A stretch of 64,000 nt of DNA from assembly GCA_013239625.1 (NCBI GenBank), contig MU054001.1, positions 6,807,078-6,871,077 of the forward strand. The letters are read 5' to 3'. This stretch comes from Lama guanicoe (taxonomy: Eukaryota). Under the pieces are notes generated by a model that ran no database searches, had not been told where the DNA came from, and was given only the letters and a program-made list of their open reading frames with translations. The translations under genes and the position numbers were made by a program. Shown piece by piece: positions 1 through 14,792 of this stretch (position 1 is its first letter; the number at the start of each line of letters is the position of its first letter).

Positions 1-26
1 AAGCTGTGACTTTAGTTTGTAGTATT

Positions 27-86
27 TGGGAGGAAGGAAGGAAGCAAGGGAGGGAAAAAGGAAAGGAGGGAGGGAGGCAGAGAGGC
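27..86. repeat. Purine-rich (GGAA/GGGA)n tract
   Basis: Seen directly. Confidence 0.7.
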
Positions 87-179
87 AGTGCTTTGAACAT
101 TAAGTTACAAAGAATGAAGATGTAGGATCAGTGATGTCCACTTGATTTTTAGATTTAAACTACAAAGAGAGCTAAACAG

Positions 180-2463
180 TCACCATTTTGGACATATATT
201 TTATTGTTTAGAAATTTCCACCAGAGTTATCATTAAGTACCTTTGTCAAGAGATGCCTATGAGAATCTAGATTGGAAAACAAGGACAGGCTGGCCTGTCA
301 GCTCTTCCTGCAAATCCACAAACACTGGGACAACCAGCCTGGCCTCAGGGTACAAGGTGACAGACCGCCCAAGGTATTAAGCCCAGCATCCCCCACGTGC
401 AGATCTAGATCTACAGCAGAAAACTTGACAGGTGTAGGTTTAAAGTGTGACCTCAAATGACAAACGACTTTCTCTGGCGGTGCCCCAACACGACACCTGG
501 ATCTGCAGAAAATCAAATCGATCACGATCAGCTTTCTGACCTGCACGAAGTTAACCAGCTGACCTTATTATGCTTTCATTCATTTTAAAAGCAAACCAAG
601 TGTATATGGCATCTTTTAAAAAATTATGTAAACGCTGCAAATTTCCTAGGGGTTATTTATAATCTGAAGATTTATTTAAAAAAACCTACTGGACTTGTTA
701 AAACTACAAATACTAAACCCTCCTCCCCCCATGAAAAAAGCAATTGTTACAAAAATATAAAAAATATACTAGCTTCTACTATTCAACCCTTCCACCAGAA
801 ATCTCACCGCTCTGGGACTCATCCTGCCTTATACACCATCAACAAGCACAAGTGCAATTTTCTCAATTCTTTTAAGGAAGAAAAAGTTCCAGAACATTCC
901 CTTTGTTATCTGAGATTGTGGCTGTTTCTTCATAGGGACTGTGATGCCAGTGGGCAGGGCAGTTTGAAGTTTCCTATTACATCCCCTGCATGGACATGGC
1001 ATGGATATGCTTTCAAAGCCCACTCCTTTAGCCTCTTCAGAGTTCCTTCTCCAGCCCCTTCAGATCACTTCAGACCCACTTTGGGACTTGCTGGGCCCCC
1101 AGGCCCCTGAGCTGGCCCTGGCTTCCCTGACCACCCACCCAAGGAGGCTCATGGTAGGAGAGGCCTGCTGCCGCCCACAGAGCCCACTTTCTGGCAGCGT
1201 GGGCCGGGACCCCACGCAGGTTTGCTCCTGCTGGGGAGGCTGCCCTCTTGGTGGATCCCCCCCCCACCCCCCGGGAGACGCCTGATGCTGCAGAACAGTC
1301 TGCAGAGCCTGGGAGGGGAGCCAGCAGCAGACGTGGAGGCAAAACACTTTGCATTAAGTTAAAACACTTTTATAAACTTTGAATCGGATCACGTGTACAC
1401 AGCAGCCAAGCTACCAGGCACTTGGACTGTTTAAGAGCTAGGAAATGACCAAGTTCAGCTTGAAACAACTCAACAAACACTACAAGAGTGGTTACCTGTC
1501 ATCAAGTTCATAAGGATGCCCCTCCCTCACTAGGACATTTTCAGGGTTTCCTTGTCCCTGCTGTCACCAGGGGCCATGTGTATAAAGGCTCACTCAAGTT
1601 CTTGGGGGAGACAGGGTGCTGGGTCACAGTGGATGGATGCACACACCACCAGGCAGGACTCCTCCATGTGAGAGGATATTGCTGGGTGGCCCGCTGTGCC
1701 CCTGGCATCCAGGGAGACCTCTGCACGGGCATCCCAGTCTCGGCATGCTCAAGAGAACCCTTCAGCCTGAAGCCCTCCTGTGTACAGTCCTTACTACCTG
1801 CTGTGTGCTCCCGGGTGGAGACCCTGTTCATCCTGGAGCCTGGCTCACCCCACGTCCTCCCCTGCAGGACACTCTGACCATGTCTGCCACAGCCTAGCCT
1901 GGCCCCCACCGTTCTTGTCTGAGAGGCAGGCTGCCTGCCTCCAGCTCAGAAGGGCCCGGCCTCTCTGAGCCACCAGTGGACTCCAGGTTCTCGGGCTGGA
2001 AGGACTAGATTTTCACACCGCGATGGGTTTTATTTCACAGATCACGGCGGTGAGTTGGGGATTTCCAGGCCTTCGCATGATGAAGTTATACCTACTGTGA
2101 CACCTTCTTGTTTCCCAGATCTAAAACATCTCACTCAACACACCCTGGTTGTTTTAAACCCCAAGTTAATTTTCTGAGAGCAACAATAACAGATTCAGAG
2201 AGCACCGCCACGTGTGCTGAGCAAGTCCCCTCTACTTTGGCTGCATCAAAAACAGGGCTTCTGAGACATCCCCAATTCACATTTGCTCAGAAGAGAGGTG
2301 CTCCCACCATCAAGGCACAAAGAAAGAAGTCTCCTGGGGCAAAATGACATGAAGGCGACCAGTGGCCTTTGGGAGGCCTGAGGCAGAGTCGCAGGGGAGC
2401 GGAGGAGAGTTCAGTCTGTGCAGGGCGGCCATCAGGCCGAGGGCTCTGGGGCCTGAGGAGTCC
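180..2463 (-). other. GPT2: GPT2 3' UTR (about 2.3 kb)
   Basis: Repeat-poor sequence from the stop codon to AATAAA at 205-200; the cleavage site is inferred. Confidence 0.7.
200..205 (-). terminator. Polyadenylation signal AATAAA (probable distal GPT2 site)
   Basis: Plus-strand TTTATT; followed on the minus strand by a U/GU-rich tract (ctgtttagctctctttgtagttt). Confidence 0.7.
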
Positions 2464-2742
<279 letters not shown>

Positions 2743-3605
2743 TTATTTTTTTACCCAACTAATACACATGAACAAAAGCAATAAACCAGCAGCAGCATTT
2801 CGGCTCACTAACACATCCACCAATCATCAGAGAAGGCCTGCCCAACACTGTGGCAGGTGTATAAACTTTCTCTAGAGCGTGACTCTTGGTATTTCCCACG
2901 GGTACAGAGCGAGATTTCACTCCTGCTCAGGCAGGCCTTCTGTATCTCCCTCATCAGTCAGTCTCACAGTGAGAACCCAGTCACAAATCTCCCTCCTAAG
3001 CAATTCCCATGTTACCATAACTAACTCCTCCTTCCAATGCTGTCAATCTGCTTCCCAGCCCCAAGGGCAGCCCTGGGGATGTAACCACTTCTTGAACAAG
3101 CCATGAATAGCCAAAGGGAATCTACCTAATTAGGGCAGAAAGGCCAACCTTACACGTTCATCCATGGGGGTGGGGGGTGTTACCCGACCTTCATTGTGTT
3201 GAGACATGGCCCGTAACATTTCCTTTTTTAGCATCTATTGCAGGAGGCATCTGAGAGCACCTCATGGAGAGGTTGCTCTTTGGAACAGAGCTGGCCTTGG
3301 CGGGGACACCCCAGCTGAGCTGCTCCAGCTCGCAGAGTAGCAGGCCTGTGAAAGGCAGCACAGCGAGTAGAGAGAGCCAATTCCTCTGCGTCTCGGGGCT
3401 TTCAGCGCAGTGGGTGAGCTATTCAGCTGGATGCTGTATGACGCTATCACGGAGTTGAAAAGGGACAGGGGATGAAACCACAGCCCCGGGAACATTTCAG
3501 ATGGTGTGTGACAGATGGAGGCAGTGGAGGGGGAGACTGAGTGGTCAAGGAGATGACCCTGGGAGTCCACTCAGTTTTCCTTGGTCCCTGGGCTACAGGG
3601 TCTCA

Positions 3606-3923
<318 letters not shown>

Positions 3924-4261
3924 TCAAAACTCAAAGCCAAATACACTTGAAATGACAGCTTCTTTCCCGTGGCAGGGCCCTCTGCCCCCACTTCCTGTGA
4001 GAGCCAAGGCAGGACCCTGGGCGCTGCAGGCAGCTTGTGCCGGGGACAAGGAACCCAAAGGTGACTCCAGGCGGCCGGGGGCTGCGGTGGCCCTGCACCC
4101 CCCACAGGAGTGCCAGCCTGTTTCCCGTGCGGCCCGTCCCCGGCAGCAGCAACCCAGGCACTGGCGCGGCCTTCTGTTCACCAAGCTGCACAGTCCTCTG
4201 AGTGTGGGGCCCTGCGGCTGGCGCCCGGGAGCCTTCAAGGAGTAAGTCTCTGGGGCCCTGC

Positions 4262-4580
4262 TAATAGTGCTTCTCACACTTCGGTTTGCACAACCAGGCT
4301 GCCTGTTTAAACAGACTCTTGGACTCCAACACCAGGGATTCTGATTCAACTGGGGGACCAGATTTTGCATGTTTAAGGAGGCACTGAGGAAGTTGGGGAT
4401 GTGAGGACACTTTCAGAAATACCGCTATGGCCCTCAATCCTCAGAGTAGGGTCTGTGGCACCACCTGAGAGCTTACTGGAAATGCAGAATCTCAGGCCCC
4501 TCCATGGACTTCTTGAACCAGAACTGACATTTGTAACAGGACCCCAGGTGATCACACACACATCCAAGTCTGAGAGAAGC
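4262..4580. mobile_element. MER5-type hAT fragments
   Basis: cacctgagagcttactggaaatgcagaatctcaggcccc. Confidence 0.5.
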
Positions 4581-4807
4581 GCCCCCTCCAGGGTACAGAG
4601 GCCTCGTGGAGCAGACAGCTCTTGATGCTGCCCCAGCGACCGTTCAGTTTTAAATGTACCACATCATACCTGGCACCTGCCTTCAGGACACCGGTGTTAA
4701 CAGAGTCCAGATGGGCTCTGCTCACCTGGGGCCGACCTCATGCCCGCCCCACCTCCACAGCACATGGCAGGGCTGGATCTCCCAGAGCCTGGCATCTTCA
4801 CACACTA

Positions 4808-5122
<315 letters not shown>

Positions 5123-5699
5123 TCACACTGGGCAGACGAGTGAAAGGCGAGCTTGCATGTGCACGAGCACAGCAAACTGGGGAGGTGGGCAAAACACACG
5201 TCCCTCTGCAGGAACTTCTTCCACAGATGCTCAGCCCATGAGCCATGCATCCTAGAGGCAGGGGCACGCAAGTACACAGGGAGTTCCAGGCCACAGGTAG
5301 GTCCTATTAGGTTCTATTCTCATACTAGGATGTCATTCCAGAAAATGAGAAAACCCAGTCCCGGCCCATCAGTCTGAATGAACGTGGCTCTGGACGGAAT
5401 ACCCTAGAACATGCTTCTAGGAGGTGGCCCCACCACTTCATTGTGGGGAGCCACCCCTCCCCACAATCCATGTGGCGTGCCCGGGGCACATGTTCCAGGC
5501 AGAGCACATCAGTGACAGGCTCAGAGCTGGACGTGAGTCCACAGCTGGAGCAGGGAGTCCAGGACTTCTGCAAGTGCTGCCAGAATGAATGGGGGTGAAG
5601 AGGTGGGGCCTGCGGACGAATACACCAACAAAATGCAGTACCTGCACACAGGGCAGTATTGCTCAGCCTCAGAAAGGAAGCACATTCTGAACCACCGGA

Positions 5700-6020
5700 C
5701 AACAGGGATGAACCCTGAAGAAGCTACGCTAAGTTAAATAAACCAGCCACAAAAGGGCAGATATTGTGTGGTTCCATTTCTACCTAGAGGAGTCAAATTC
5801 ACAGAGACAGAAAGTAGAATGGAGGTTACCAGGGGCTGAGGGGAAGGAGAAGTGAGGAGTTAGTGTTTAATGGGCAGAGTTTCAGCTGGGGATGATGAAA
5901 AGGTTCTGGAGATGGATGGATGGTGGTGATGGTTGCACAACAATGTGAATGTACCTTATGCACTAAACTGTTCAGCTGAAAATGGCCAAGTGATCATGTA
6001 TTTTACCACAATTAAAAAAG
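5700..6020 (+). mobile_element. Old L1M 3' UTR fragment
   Basis: gtcaaattcacagagacagaaagtagaatggaggttaccagggg...aattaaaaaa. Confidence 0.75.
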
Positions 6021-6523
6021 ATGTGAATCTGGAACAGCTGGAACTTCTTGGTTATAGGACCCTCAAATTCCACTTTTGTTTAAACTAGTAGTTAGAGCTG
6101 GGTTGTTGTCACCTGCAGTTAAAAGGTCTGACTGAGTCACTTCAAGCTGCAAGGACATCTGGTTAAGCCAGAGGCAGGCCCACGGTCCAGAATCAATGCC
6201 GTGCTCATCTATTTCCCCCTTTCAGTTTAGTACCAGAATCCCCGCCAGGGTGTTCTCTGGCCATGGGGCCACTCCCTCTGGGTACCTGCCCATCCGTGGT
6301 GCTCACGAGTGAGAAAGAGGACACCCCCCCACACGCACAATCCTCTCACTTCAGAATATAGCCCAGCTGTATCCTGAGACGGAATCTTGTTGGGGTGGGT
6401 CAGCCGCCACGTGGAGCCCTGAGCACCTTAGGCCGTCCGGAGGAAGGATGGCTTTGGAGACTGAACACATGAACACTGGCCACAGCAGTGATGCAGACAG
6501 GCCACGGGACACAGCAGACTCAC

Positions 6524-6698
6524 CCTGCTGAACTGCTCGAAGGATTCCTCTCCTGGCACTGGGGGGTTCACGACGATGTCCATGGCAGCCTGCCCAGACA
6601 CTGGCGGGCACAGACGCACTGAGAGCAGCTTCACCAGCTGGCCCTTGATCTCAGGGTGCAGGTTGATCACCTCCATGTAGCCCCCTCTGTAGCCACAC
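6524..6698 (-). CDS. GPT2: GPT2 exon 9 (175 nt)
   Basis: [18 protein letters not shown]...EESFEQFSR; ctag|G and AGG|gtgagt. Confidence 0.96.
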
Positions 6699-6859
6699 CT
6701 AGAGGGTTGAAGTGGGGAAGAGGATCCACCAGTCAGAGAGACCTCTACTAAGCGCATCCAGCCGACCAGAATCCTCCGTAACCAGCCCCATGCCCAACAA
6801 TGAGTTGCCAGGTGTGGCCGAGTTCTTGCCGTTGGATGGTGAATGGAAGTGCTAAGTGC

Positions 6860-7460
6860 AAATTGCACATCACTTCTTCAAAAGCAAGCTCTCTCCTTTT
6901 CCCCATTTCCTGAGAAGTGCAGACACCGAAGCAGCAGCTTCAGAGCTCGAGGTGCCACATGCTGAGAAGACAGACCACCCCACCAGCCCCAGTCTCCAAA
7001 GACTTCCTGGAACAGAGCCTGCTCTGGACTCCTCCGGCCTTTAGACTGTTTTCACAGACACACTTTCATCTTGTTTGAGCTACTGTATTTGGGGCTTTTT
7101 TGTTATAGCAGCTTAGCCTGAACCCTAACTAATATACCAGCCCTGCTCCAAAGGGGTACATGATCCAGGCTGGGCACCCCCTGCACAGGTTCCCTGAGTA
7201 GGCATACGAGCAGCAGCCCGAGGACTTGCTGGAACTTTCTGCTACTTGAAAACAAAGCCAACCCAAAAGCGAGCAGAGCTGAGAAAATGAGACAAAGCAA
7301 GAAAGCAGAGACAGAGACCCACTGACACCTTTAAGCCTCCTGATTTGACTTTACTCCTTGACTTCTTACCAACATGGATTTTTAAAGAAGCCTCTTTGAT
7401 GTAGGCCAGTTCAAGGTGAGTTTCTGTTACTTATTGCCAAAATGATCCTGACTGATACAG
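6860..7460 (+). mobile_element. MaLR (MLT1-type) LTR fragments
   Basis: MLT1 3'-end text ttgttatagcagc...ctaactaata and ctgactgataca. Confidence 0.5.
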
Positions 7461-8419
7461 GGTCAAAACTCATGAAAATCAGCCGAGATTACACAATGAG
7501 ATCATACCAAAAAACTTTCCGAACCAAATCAGCTCCATCAGCCACACTTTCTGGAGCTATGCCTCCTTCTCTGGACTGTGACTGGTAACTTTCAGACTAA
7601 TGACCAAAGAAATGTAAGCGCCCTAAGGCAGGCACCTGGTCTGGTCCTGCCTTCCTCTGTATATGCACCCCCTCACCCTCGGAGCACCTGATATGATGAG
7701 ACACTCAATAAAACACTTTTAGGATCAGCCTGCAGAATGAACTGGCAAAGACAGATCCCCATCTGATCCCTTGATGGGCCTTTTCAAGGCAGGAAGATAA
7801 ATTCTGGCATCTCAGAAAGGTTTCCTGTAGCAAAGGTTGAAAGAAGAAACCTTCTGCTTTATCCTCTGCTGATGAGCAGAAAATCAAATTGAGCAAAGAA
7901 GTCTAATACTGGGTAATCAGAATCTGAGAGCAACAGGATACCAACTCAGGTTATCAACATCTGGGGCATCACTGATAAAAGATTCATCAGTAACACAGAC
8001 GGAGAGATGGATAGGTATGTGATAAATACACTTGAGTTTGAAAAATGAGTTAACAGAGAGAACATATTTGTTTAGGAAAAGAGCTACACAGCTCCTGAAA
8101 GTCTAGTAAGGAGGTGGTACTGCGAATGGGGTAGACCAGGAAGACCAGCATAAATTAACTCCTGTCCACATCAAATACAGCCAAGAACAGTTGGGCAGCC
8201 ACCCCAAGGGGACAGCTCCCTTGACCAGGCCACAGTATTTCTCCAAGCTTCACAGTCCTACTGGCCTCCAGACCCTCTCCCCTAGCCGGACCCCTGGCAC
8301 AGAGCAGAACCCCAGCAGCACTGGAGAGTGACTGCCCTTCGCTGTAAATGCACTGGCCTTTCTGTCTCAGTCTCCTTTGCAGGTCCCTCCTCTCCTCCCC
8401 CACCTTCTGAGCAGCAAGC

Positions 8420-9450
8420 GCCTCAGCCCAGTCCCGGGACCTCTCCTCTATCTATACTCCTTGTGAGATGTCCGGGCACAGAGACCTAACTACCTAACAA
8501 CTCACACACTGACAACTCACCAAGTTAGATCTCCAGCCAGGTATCAGTCCTGAGCTGCAGACTCACACATCCATCTCCATCTGGACGTCCAATAGGCATT
8601 TGTAAATTTAGCACATTCCAACCAACTTCCAACCTTTCCCTAAAACCTGCTTCTCCCACAGCTGTCCTCATCCACTGACAGCAACTCCATCCTTCCTATC
8701 GTTTCAACAAAACCTTGGGAATCATCTTTGACTTCTCTCTCTCTCAGCCACCTTTTCCACCAAGCAACACCTGTCAACTCCATCTTCAAACATACGTGGG
8801 ATCCAATGTCTTCTCCCCACTGGTACCCTGGCCCACGATATCTCACCTGGACTGTAACAGCCTCCTAACTTGAGTCCCTGCTTCTGTCCCTGACCCCATC
8901 ACACAGCAATCAGAGAGTCTGATAAAATATAAGTCAGGTGAAGTTTCATCTCTGCTCAAACCCTCCAAGGGTTCCCATCTCACTCTGAGTAAAAGTGAAA
9001 AACAACCTAAAGCCCAGGTGATCTGGCCTCCTATGACTTTTTTGGTCTCAACTTCTGCCACTTTCCCTCTCACTCCATTCTAGTCTCTTTGCTGCTCCTG
9101 TAACAGTTGCTCCTTCCCGCTCAGGGCCTTTGCACCTGCTGTTTCCTCTGCCTGGAATGCTTTTTCCTTAGATATCTGCGTAGCATCCCCACCACCCCTC
9201 CCTTGGGTCTTAACTCAAAAGCCAGCTCCTCGGGGACCAGCCCCCACCTCCTGGCATTCCCGTCTCTCTCTGACTGTTTTCCCCCACTTAACCCATGATT
9301 TTCATTCATCTACTGCTTCGCTCCCCTCACTAGAGCATGACTCTGTGAGGGCAGGGGTTGCTGTGGTTTGCTCACTGCTGTAACCTCAGTGCCGAGATCA
9401 GGACTCGACTCACAGCAGGTGCTCCATAAATAATGGTCGAATGAACGAAT
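8420..9450 (+). mobile_element. LINE-2 fragment
   Basis: L2-type text (ctggactgtaacagcctcctaact, tcagggcctttgcacctgctg) ending in gaatgaacgaat. Confidence 0.7.
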
Positions 9451-9823
9451 ACAGGATTGAAACTGACTCTTTGGCTCAGAAGTCACACAGGGCTAAGGCC
9501 GGGTGCAGACAGAGCGCCTGCACACAGAGCTTGGCCCACGGGCCTGACAGCATTCATCCACTCAAATTGCCTTCCCTGGTTGTCAGACGTCAGTTAGTGT
9601 CAGAGCAATGGTGACATGGCTGGCAGAAAACACCAGCGCTGGAAGCTGCTCTGAGGTCCTGTTTTCATTTTCATCATGGTCTTATTTTGTCTGAGCCCTT
9701 GCCCAGGGGTGTCCTCACACCCCTGGGCTTCCCTCAGGGAGGTGTGGCCCGTCTCCTCCTGCTTCTTAGATCAGCACTAGCCGTAGGTAAGGGCAGCTGC
9801 CTCCGTCCAGCGGGCTGGGGCTA

Positions 9824-10264
<441 letters not shown>

Positions 10265-11814
10265 TCAATGACTTTCTGAAATAAGTCTGGAGACTGGGTG
10301 GGGGCTATATTAGCCCCCACCCAGTCTCCAGACCCCCTCTCTACTTCGTGTGCCTGTGGCGACATCCAGTACCCTACCTGCCCCAGCAGGTCTCTCCCCT
10401 GCATGATGCTCACTCTGTCAGTAGGATGAGTCAAGAAAGCAGTTGATGTACCCGTCCTTGGACCATCCTGCCTGAAGAGCTCGCCGTGTTCCCCAGCACT
10501 TCACCACACTCACCCAGTTTGGAACGATTTTGTTTTCTGTCTCCACTTGGTCTCCCCCAACTAGACTGAGAAGGGCCCACACTTGCTTGCTCCTTCCCAC
10601 TGCCACAGTCTGGAGCTCAGCAGGCAGGCGCCCAGCTGCCCTTGGAGGTGAACTTCCCTTTCCCAGTGTGGAGATCAGGGAAACTGAGGCTCTGGGGCAC
10701 TGTGGGTCAGCGGGAAGGTCAGGTTGGCTCCATCTCCAACAAATCAGCCAGAGTCGTCAGATCCTCCACTGGCTCTCACCTCCTCCCCCTCCCCCATCTC
10801 TTCCCAGACCCAGAAGGAGGGGGTCTGTGCACCAGGTCACTATGACACCCCTTCTCTCCTTTGGAAATTAAGATTCTAGACCCATCTGCAACAATCACAG
10901 TAACAATTTGGTGGGTAAGCTGTGTGTATGTTTGTGTGTGCGAGTCTGTGTGTGTGTTTGAGTGGGGGTGGTGCTAAGGAGCAAAGAAATGAAGCTAGTG
11001 TGCTAGAAGCTATGACTGACCAGAAATCATACAGAAATGAAGACGTGAAGATAGGATTCCACAGGTCTTTCATTTCTTCCTTGCAAAGCAAAAAAACCAA
11101 AAAAAAAAAAAAAAAAAAAAAAGAAACAAAACAAAAAACAGAACGGGCAGGCCTTGTCTCCAGAACTGGGTTCCAAGCAGCAGCAGCCGTGGGGTTAATT
11201 AGGATTCCCCTCCTCACAGAATCACAGCGTGATGCCGACACCCACGCTCCTTGAGAAAGAGCCCCTCGGTTTCCCTCAGGGTACACCCTCCTCTGCACTG
11301 TGTGGGGGTTTGGGGGCATAGGGTAGATCTCCCCACTGTGTGCAACCACTGGGCCACAGGGGCTGGTTCAGCCTCGGGTGTCTGAGCCATGCTGCACCAA
11401 TGAGGCTCAATTCTGAGATTTTGCTGGAAGTGCCAGGAAGAAATGACCTCTTTCTCAGCTGGGAAGATAGCAAGCCTGTGTATGAAGCCAAGCCAGTAGG
11501 ATAGAAGGAGAGAGAAGCTAGAAGATACAGTTGAAGCCTTGGATCCAGCCCACACCTGTGATCCCACCATCTTTTTACTTTTCAAGTTTAAAAGTCGACT
11601 ATGTTAGATTTCTGAACCTTATAACCAAGACTCCAAAACAATACAGGGATGATTTAGTTCACAGTTCTCATAGGCTGCAACACTGAATATCCTTGTTAGA
11701 ATCTCTCCCCCGACACATAGAAAGTTCTCACTGGCTACAGAACAACCCGGCCTGGCTCCCTCCCCCTAGAAGAGAAAGCGCACCCTCACCTCTGAGAGCA
11801 AAGGGCGCTCTTAC

Positions 11815-11894
11815 CTCATCAGCCAGGAGAAAGAGCTTCTCCTCCCACGCAAAGTGAATCACGTCTTCTATGCACTTTCTGTTCTGCACCTGAC
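11815..11894 (-). CDS. GPT2: GPT2 exon 7 (80 nt)
   Basis: [27 protein letters not shown]; tttag|GT and GAG|gtaaga. Confidence 0.96.
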
Positions 11895-12833
11895 CTAAAA
11901 AGTCCCCAGACAAAAGCAGAATGTAGGTTGTAACGCTGTTCACATTGTCCCTAGGTAAGAACCCCAACCAGAATCACTCTAATGTCTGTGTTCTTCGTGA
12001 CACTAAGCTCCCTAGCTGCCACAATCGATGGGGTGTGGTCACCCCCCAGGACCGCTGGGAGGGTCAGCCCCATCCCTCTGACTCAGTGAAGCTGGGTACG
12101 TGGAAGGAATAGTGTTTCACACCCAACTTCCTTGTTATTCTTATTAGACTGTGTGTGGAAGTTGTCAGTCTGGGCAGGAAGACAGGAAGGCATGGAAACC
12201 TCATAAAGAGCAGGAAAGGAAAACTGACGGCATTAAATCGTTCAGCTGCGCTCCCCTCCTTACCCTACGCCAGCAGCCCCCATGAGAACTGCCCTGGCTA
12301 CACCTGCTCCCCACATGCGCCGCGCCGCAAGGCAGGAGCAAGGGCTGCAGGCTCAGCGCCCATCCTCACAGCCGACACTCAGCGGGGCCCCAGTCAGCGC
12401 GGGAGCCTGCCTGCCAGCACCCCTCAGTGTCCCTGCCAGGCCTCCCTTCAGGGCTCGACTCGACACTTCACCCATCTTAGAGAAATGAGCGCCTGCAGCA
12501 AAATATTAAATACCCTGGGTTTCGGTGGGGAAAGGAACAAATGCAACAAGGTGGAAACGAACCTTTTCCCAGCATTTCCTGTGACCCACTATGAGGGCGG
12601 CACTGGGAGGCCTGAGGCTCTCACATCCTCTGGAAAAGCACTAGTCAGGCTTGCTGACTTCTCACAAAAGGCTGTTTCCTTACTGTGCATCTGTGTGTCT
12701 ACAGATGTTACGTGTATGTATACGTCTACGTGTGTACGTATGTGCATGTGTGCTATGTACACACGCTATATACCCTGATACAGAACAGTATGTAGAGTAT
12801 GTTACCTTTGGTTAAAAATAACTACATTATCAT

Positions 12834-12996
12834 GGGGAGGATATAGCTCAGTGGTAGAGCGCATGCTTAGCATGCACAAGGTCCTGGGTTCAATCCCCAG
12901 AATCTCCATTAAATAAATGAATAAGTAAATAAGCCCAATTACTTTCCCTCAACAACAACAAAAAAAAACACAACAAAAAACAAAACCAAAAAAAAC
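12834..12996 (+). mobile_element. tRNA-Ala-derived SINE (Vic-1 type)
   Basis: A box tagctcagtggtaga, B box ggttcaatcc, TTAGCAT anticodon loop, A-rich tail. Confidence 0.88.
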
Positions 12997-13009
12997 CCCT
13001 ATATTCTTG

Positions 13010-13128
13010 GGTGGGGTGAGTATAGCTCAGTGGTAGCACACATGCCTAGTTCCCACAAGGTCCTGGGTTCAATCCCGAGTACCCCAATTAAAAATTTTCT
13101 TTTAAATTAACTCTTATTTTAAAAAAAA
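13010..13128 (+). mobile_element. tRNA-derived SINE inserted at the tail of the previous copy
   Basis: Same head; direct repeat ccctatattcttg at 12997-13009 and 13129-13141. Confidence 0.85.
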
Positions 13129-14792
13129 CCCTATATTCTTGTCTGTGCTAAGAATATCAAGATAAGTCTGGAAATAATATGTAGATACATCTTATAAGAG
13201 CACGCTATGACTCAGCCAGGATTTTAGCCTTAAACTACGTAAGCAACGAACCAATCCTTTTACAAAGGGACCAGCCTGTCAAGCAAGTGCCGCCCCCCCC
13301 ACCCCCGTCTTCCTGCGAAGCAAGCTCAGGGCTCTGGGAGTGGGGAAAGGCGGCAGCCCTGGATTCTACAAGGAACCAGCCACTGTTCTCACAGACGGAG
13401 GGGGGCTGCCTATCCAGGGGGCTGAGCCTGCCTGAAAACGCTCCTAGTCTTCCCTCCCAGGGCTGCCATCTTACAAACTGTATCCTGCTAGAATGCAGGC
13501 CAAGATTTGAGCACCAAGAATATAAAAACCATGTGCCAGGGCAGTGCAGAGAGAACTGAGCAAGGACCAGGCCTCAGAAAGCCTGCAGCTCGGGAGGGGA
13601 AAATGAGACCTGCTGTACGCACATAACCCCTCTGATGGGGGCCGTGCAAACCGAGGATGGGGACAGAGCTTACTTCTCTCCAGTGCCTGGGACGAAGTGG
13701 TCACTCAGAACATGCCTGCTGAGCCAAGGACAGACAAACGTGCGGTGGTGTAGATAGTCCTATGCAGCTTTAGAGGGGCCAGGGCACAGCTGTGCCCAGT
13801 AGGGCACGACATGAGACCACCCCACAGAACAGATGGCTTTGCCATTGTCCCGAAGGCTGGGGAGGGGTCTTCCAAGTGTCCCTCACTAAAGGCCTCGACA
13901 AAGGAACTTCAGCACTCAGCTGCCCTATGGAAAGCTCCCTCTCTTTGCACCCCAGCATGGGACATGGAACACAAACCTAGCCAATCAGAATCTCAGTGAC
14001 TTGACTAGGGATGGACAGGTGTCCCAACATGGGCCAATGAGAGTCTCGTCTGCAGCTTGCATTTCAACTGTAGGCAAGGCTGTCTGGGGAGGATGCCCAG
14101 CTGGTGGGCAATGGCTGGAACTGCTGAAGGCCACTCCCAGGACAGATGCGTCCTAAGCAGGATTCCAACCCAGAGGAGAGCAGAGCTGGGAAATGGCCTG
14201 AGGTTGCTATGACAATAATGCTGATTTAAGTGCGCTGCTTCACCCCGGACTTCACAGATCCACTTCCTTCAGTCTCGGGATGAGTTTCCGTCTTGAAACC
14301 CAAAGAGCCCTAGCTAATACCCCACTCCATTTTGACACCTTTTAGCCAGTGGTCAGTGTGTGGTCCAGACAAGATACATGGTCATCACAGCTGGGTTTCT
14401 ATTTTCCATCTCCCATCTTCCAATAGCTGCTTTTCACACATTAAGACCCCTGAGAGAAAAAACAGCCTCTGCCCGTTCATAAAGTTATTCTTTAGAAAAA
14501 CCACTTATGTTAATATACATTCACATGACCCCCCCCCCCACTTTGCCTCAAACAGGAAGTCTGCTGCAGTTTCTTCTCCCCAGACAGCCAGGTGAAGCTT
14601 TATGTAAACACCTGGCCAAGAAGTTACCAACCCTATGATATAAACTAGGTAAACAGAGTACTTCATAAGATGTAAGACTTGCTACTCCAAGTGTGGGGCC
14701 AGCAGCATCACCATCACCTGGGACCTTGTTAGAGATGCAAATTTGCTAGCCTCACTCCAGGGCTCCTGTCTGGAAGTGGATCCCCGCAGGGA

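Noticed and set aside
401..412. 12-bp palindrome AGATCTAGATCT in the 3' UTR
   Set aside because: Too short; expected by chance in 64 kb.
4576..4594. CTCF-like CCTGGAGGGGGCGCT on the minus strand
   Set aside because: Two mismatches in the 5' core; weaker than the reported sites.
12155..12778. 207-aa plus-strand ORF antisense to intron 6
   Set aside because: GTG start, low-complexity tail and no recognisable homology.
12690..12780. Alternating purine-pyrimidine tract as a Z-DNA element
   Set aside because: Interrupted and TA-rich; looks like decayed low-complexity sequence in an old L1 fragment.
12834..12910. tRNA-Ala(AGC)-like sequences (also at 36834, 39328, 55258 and others) as real tRNA genes
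   Set aside because: They have acceptor-stem mismatches, shared A-rich SINE tails and TSDs, so they are SINE copies. Their location in an alanine-metabolism gene is coincidence.
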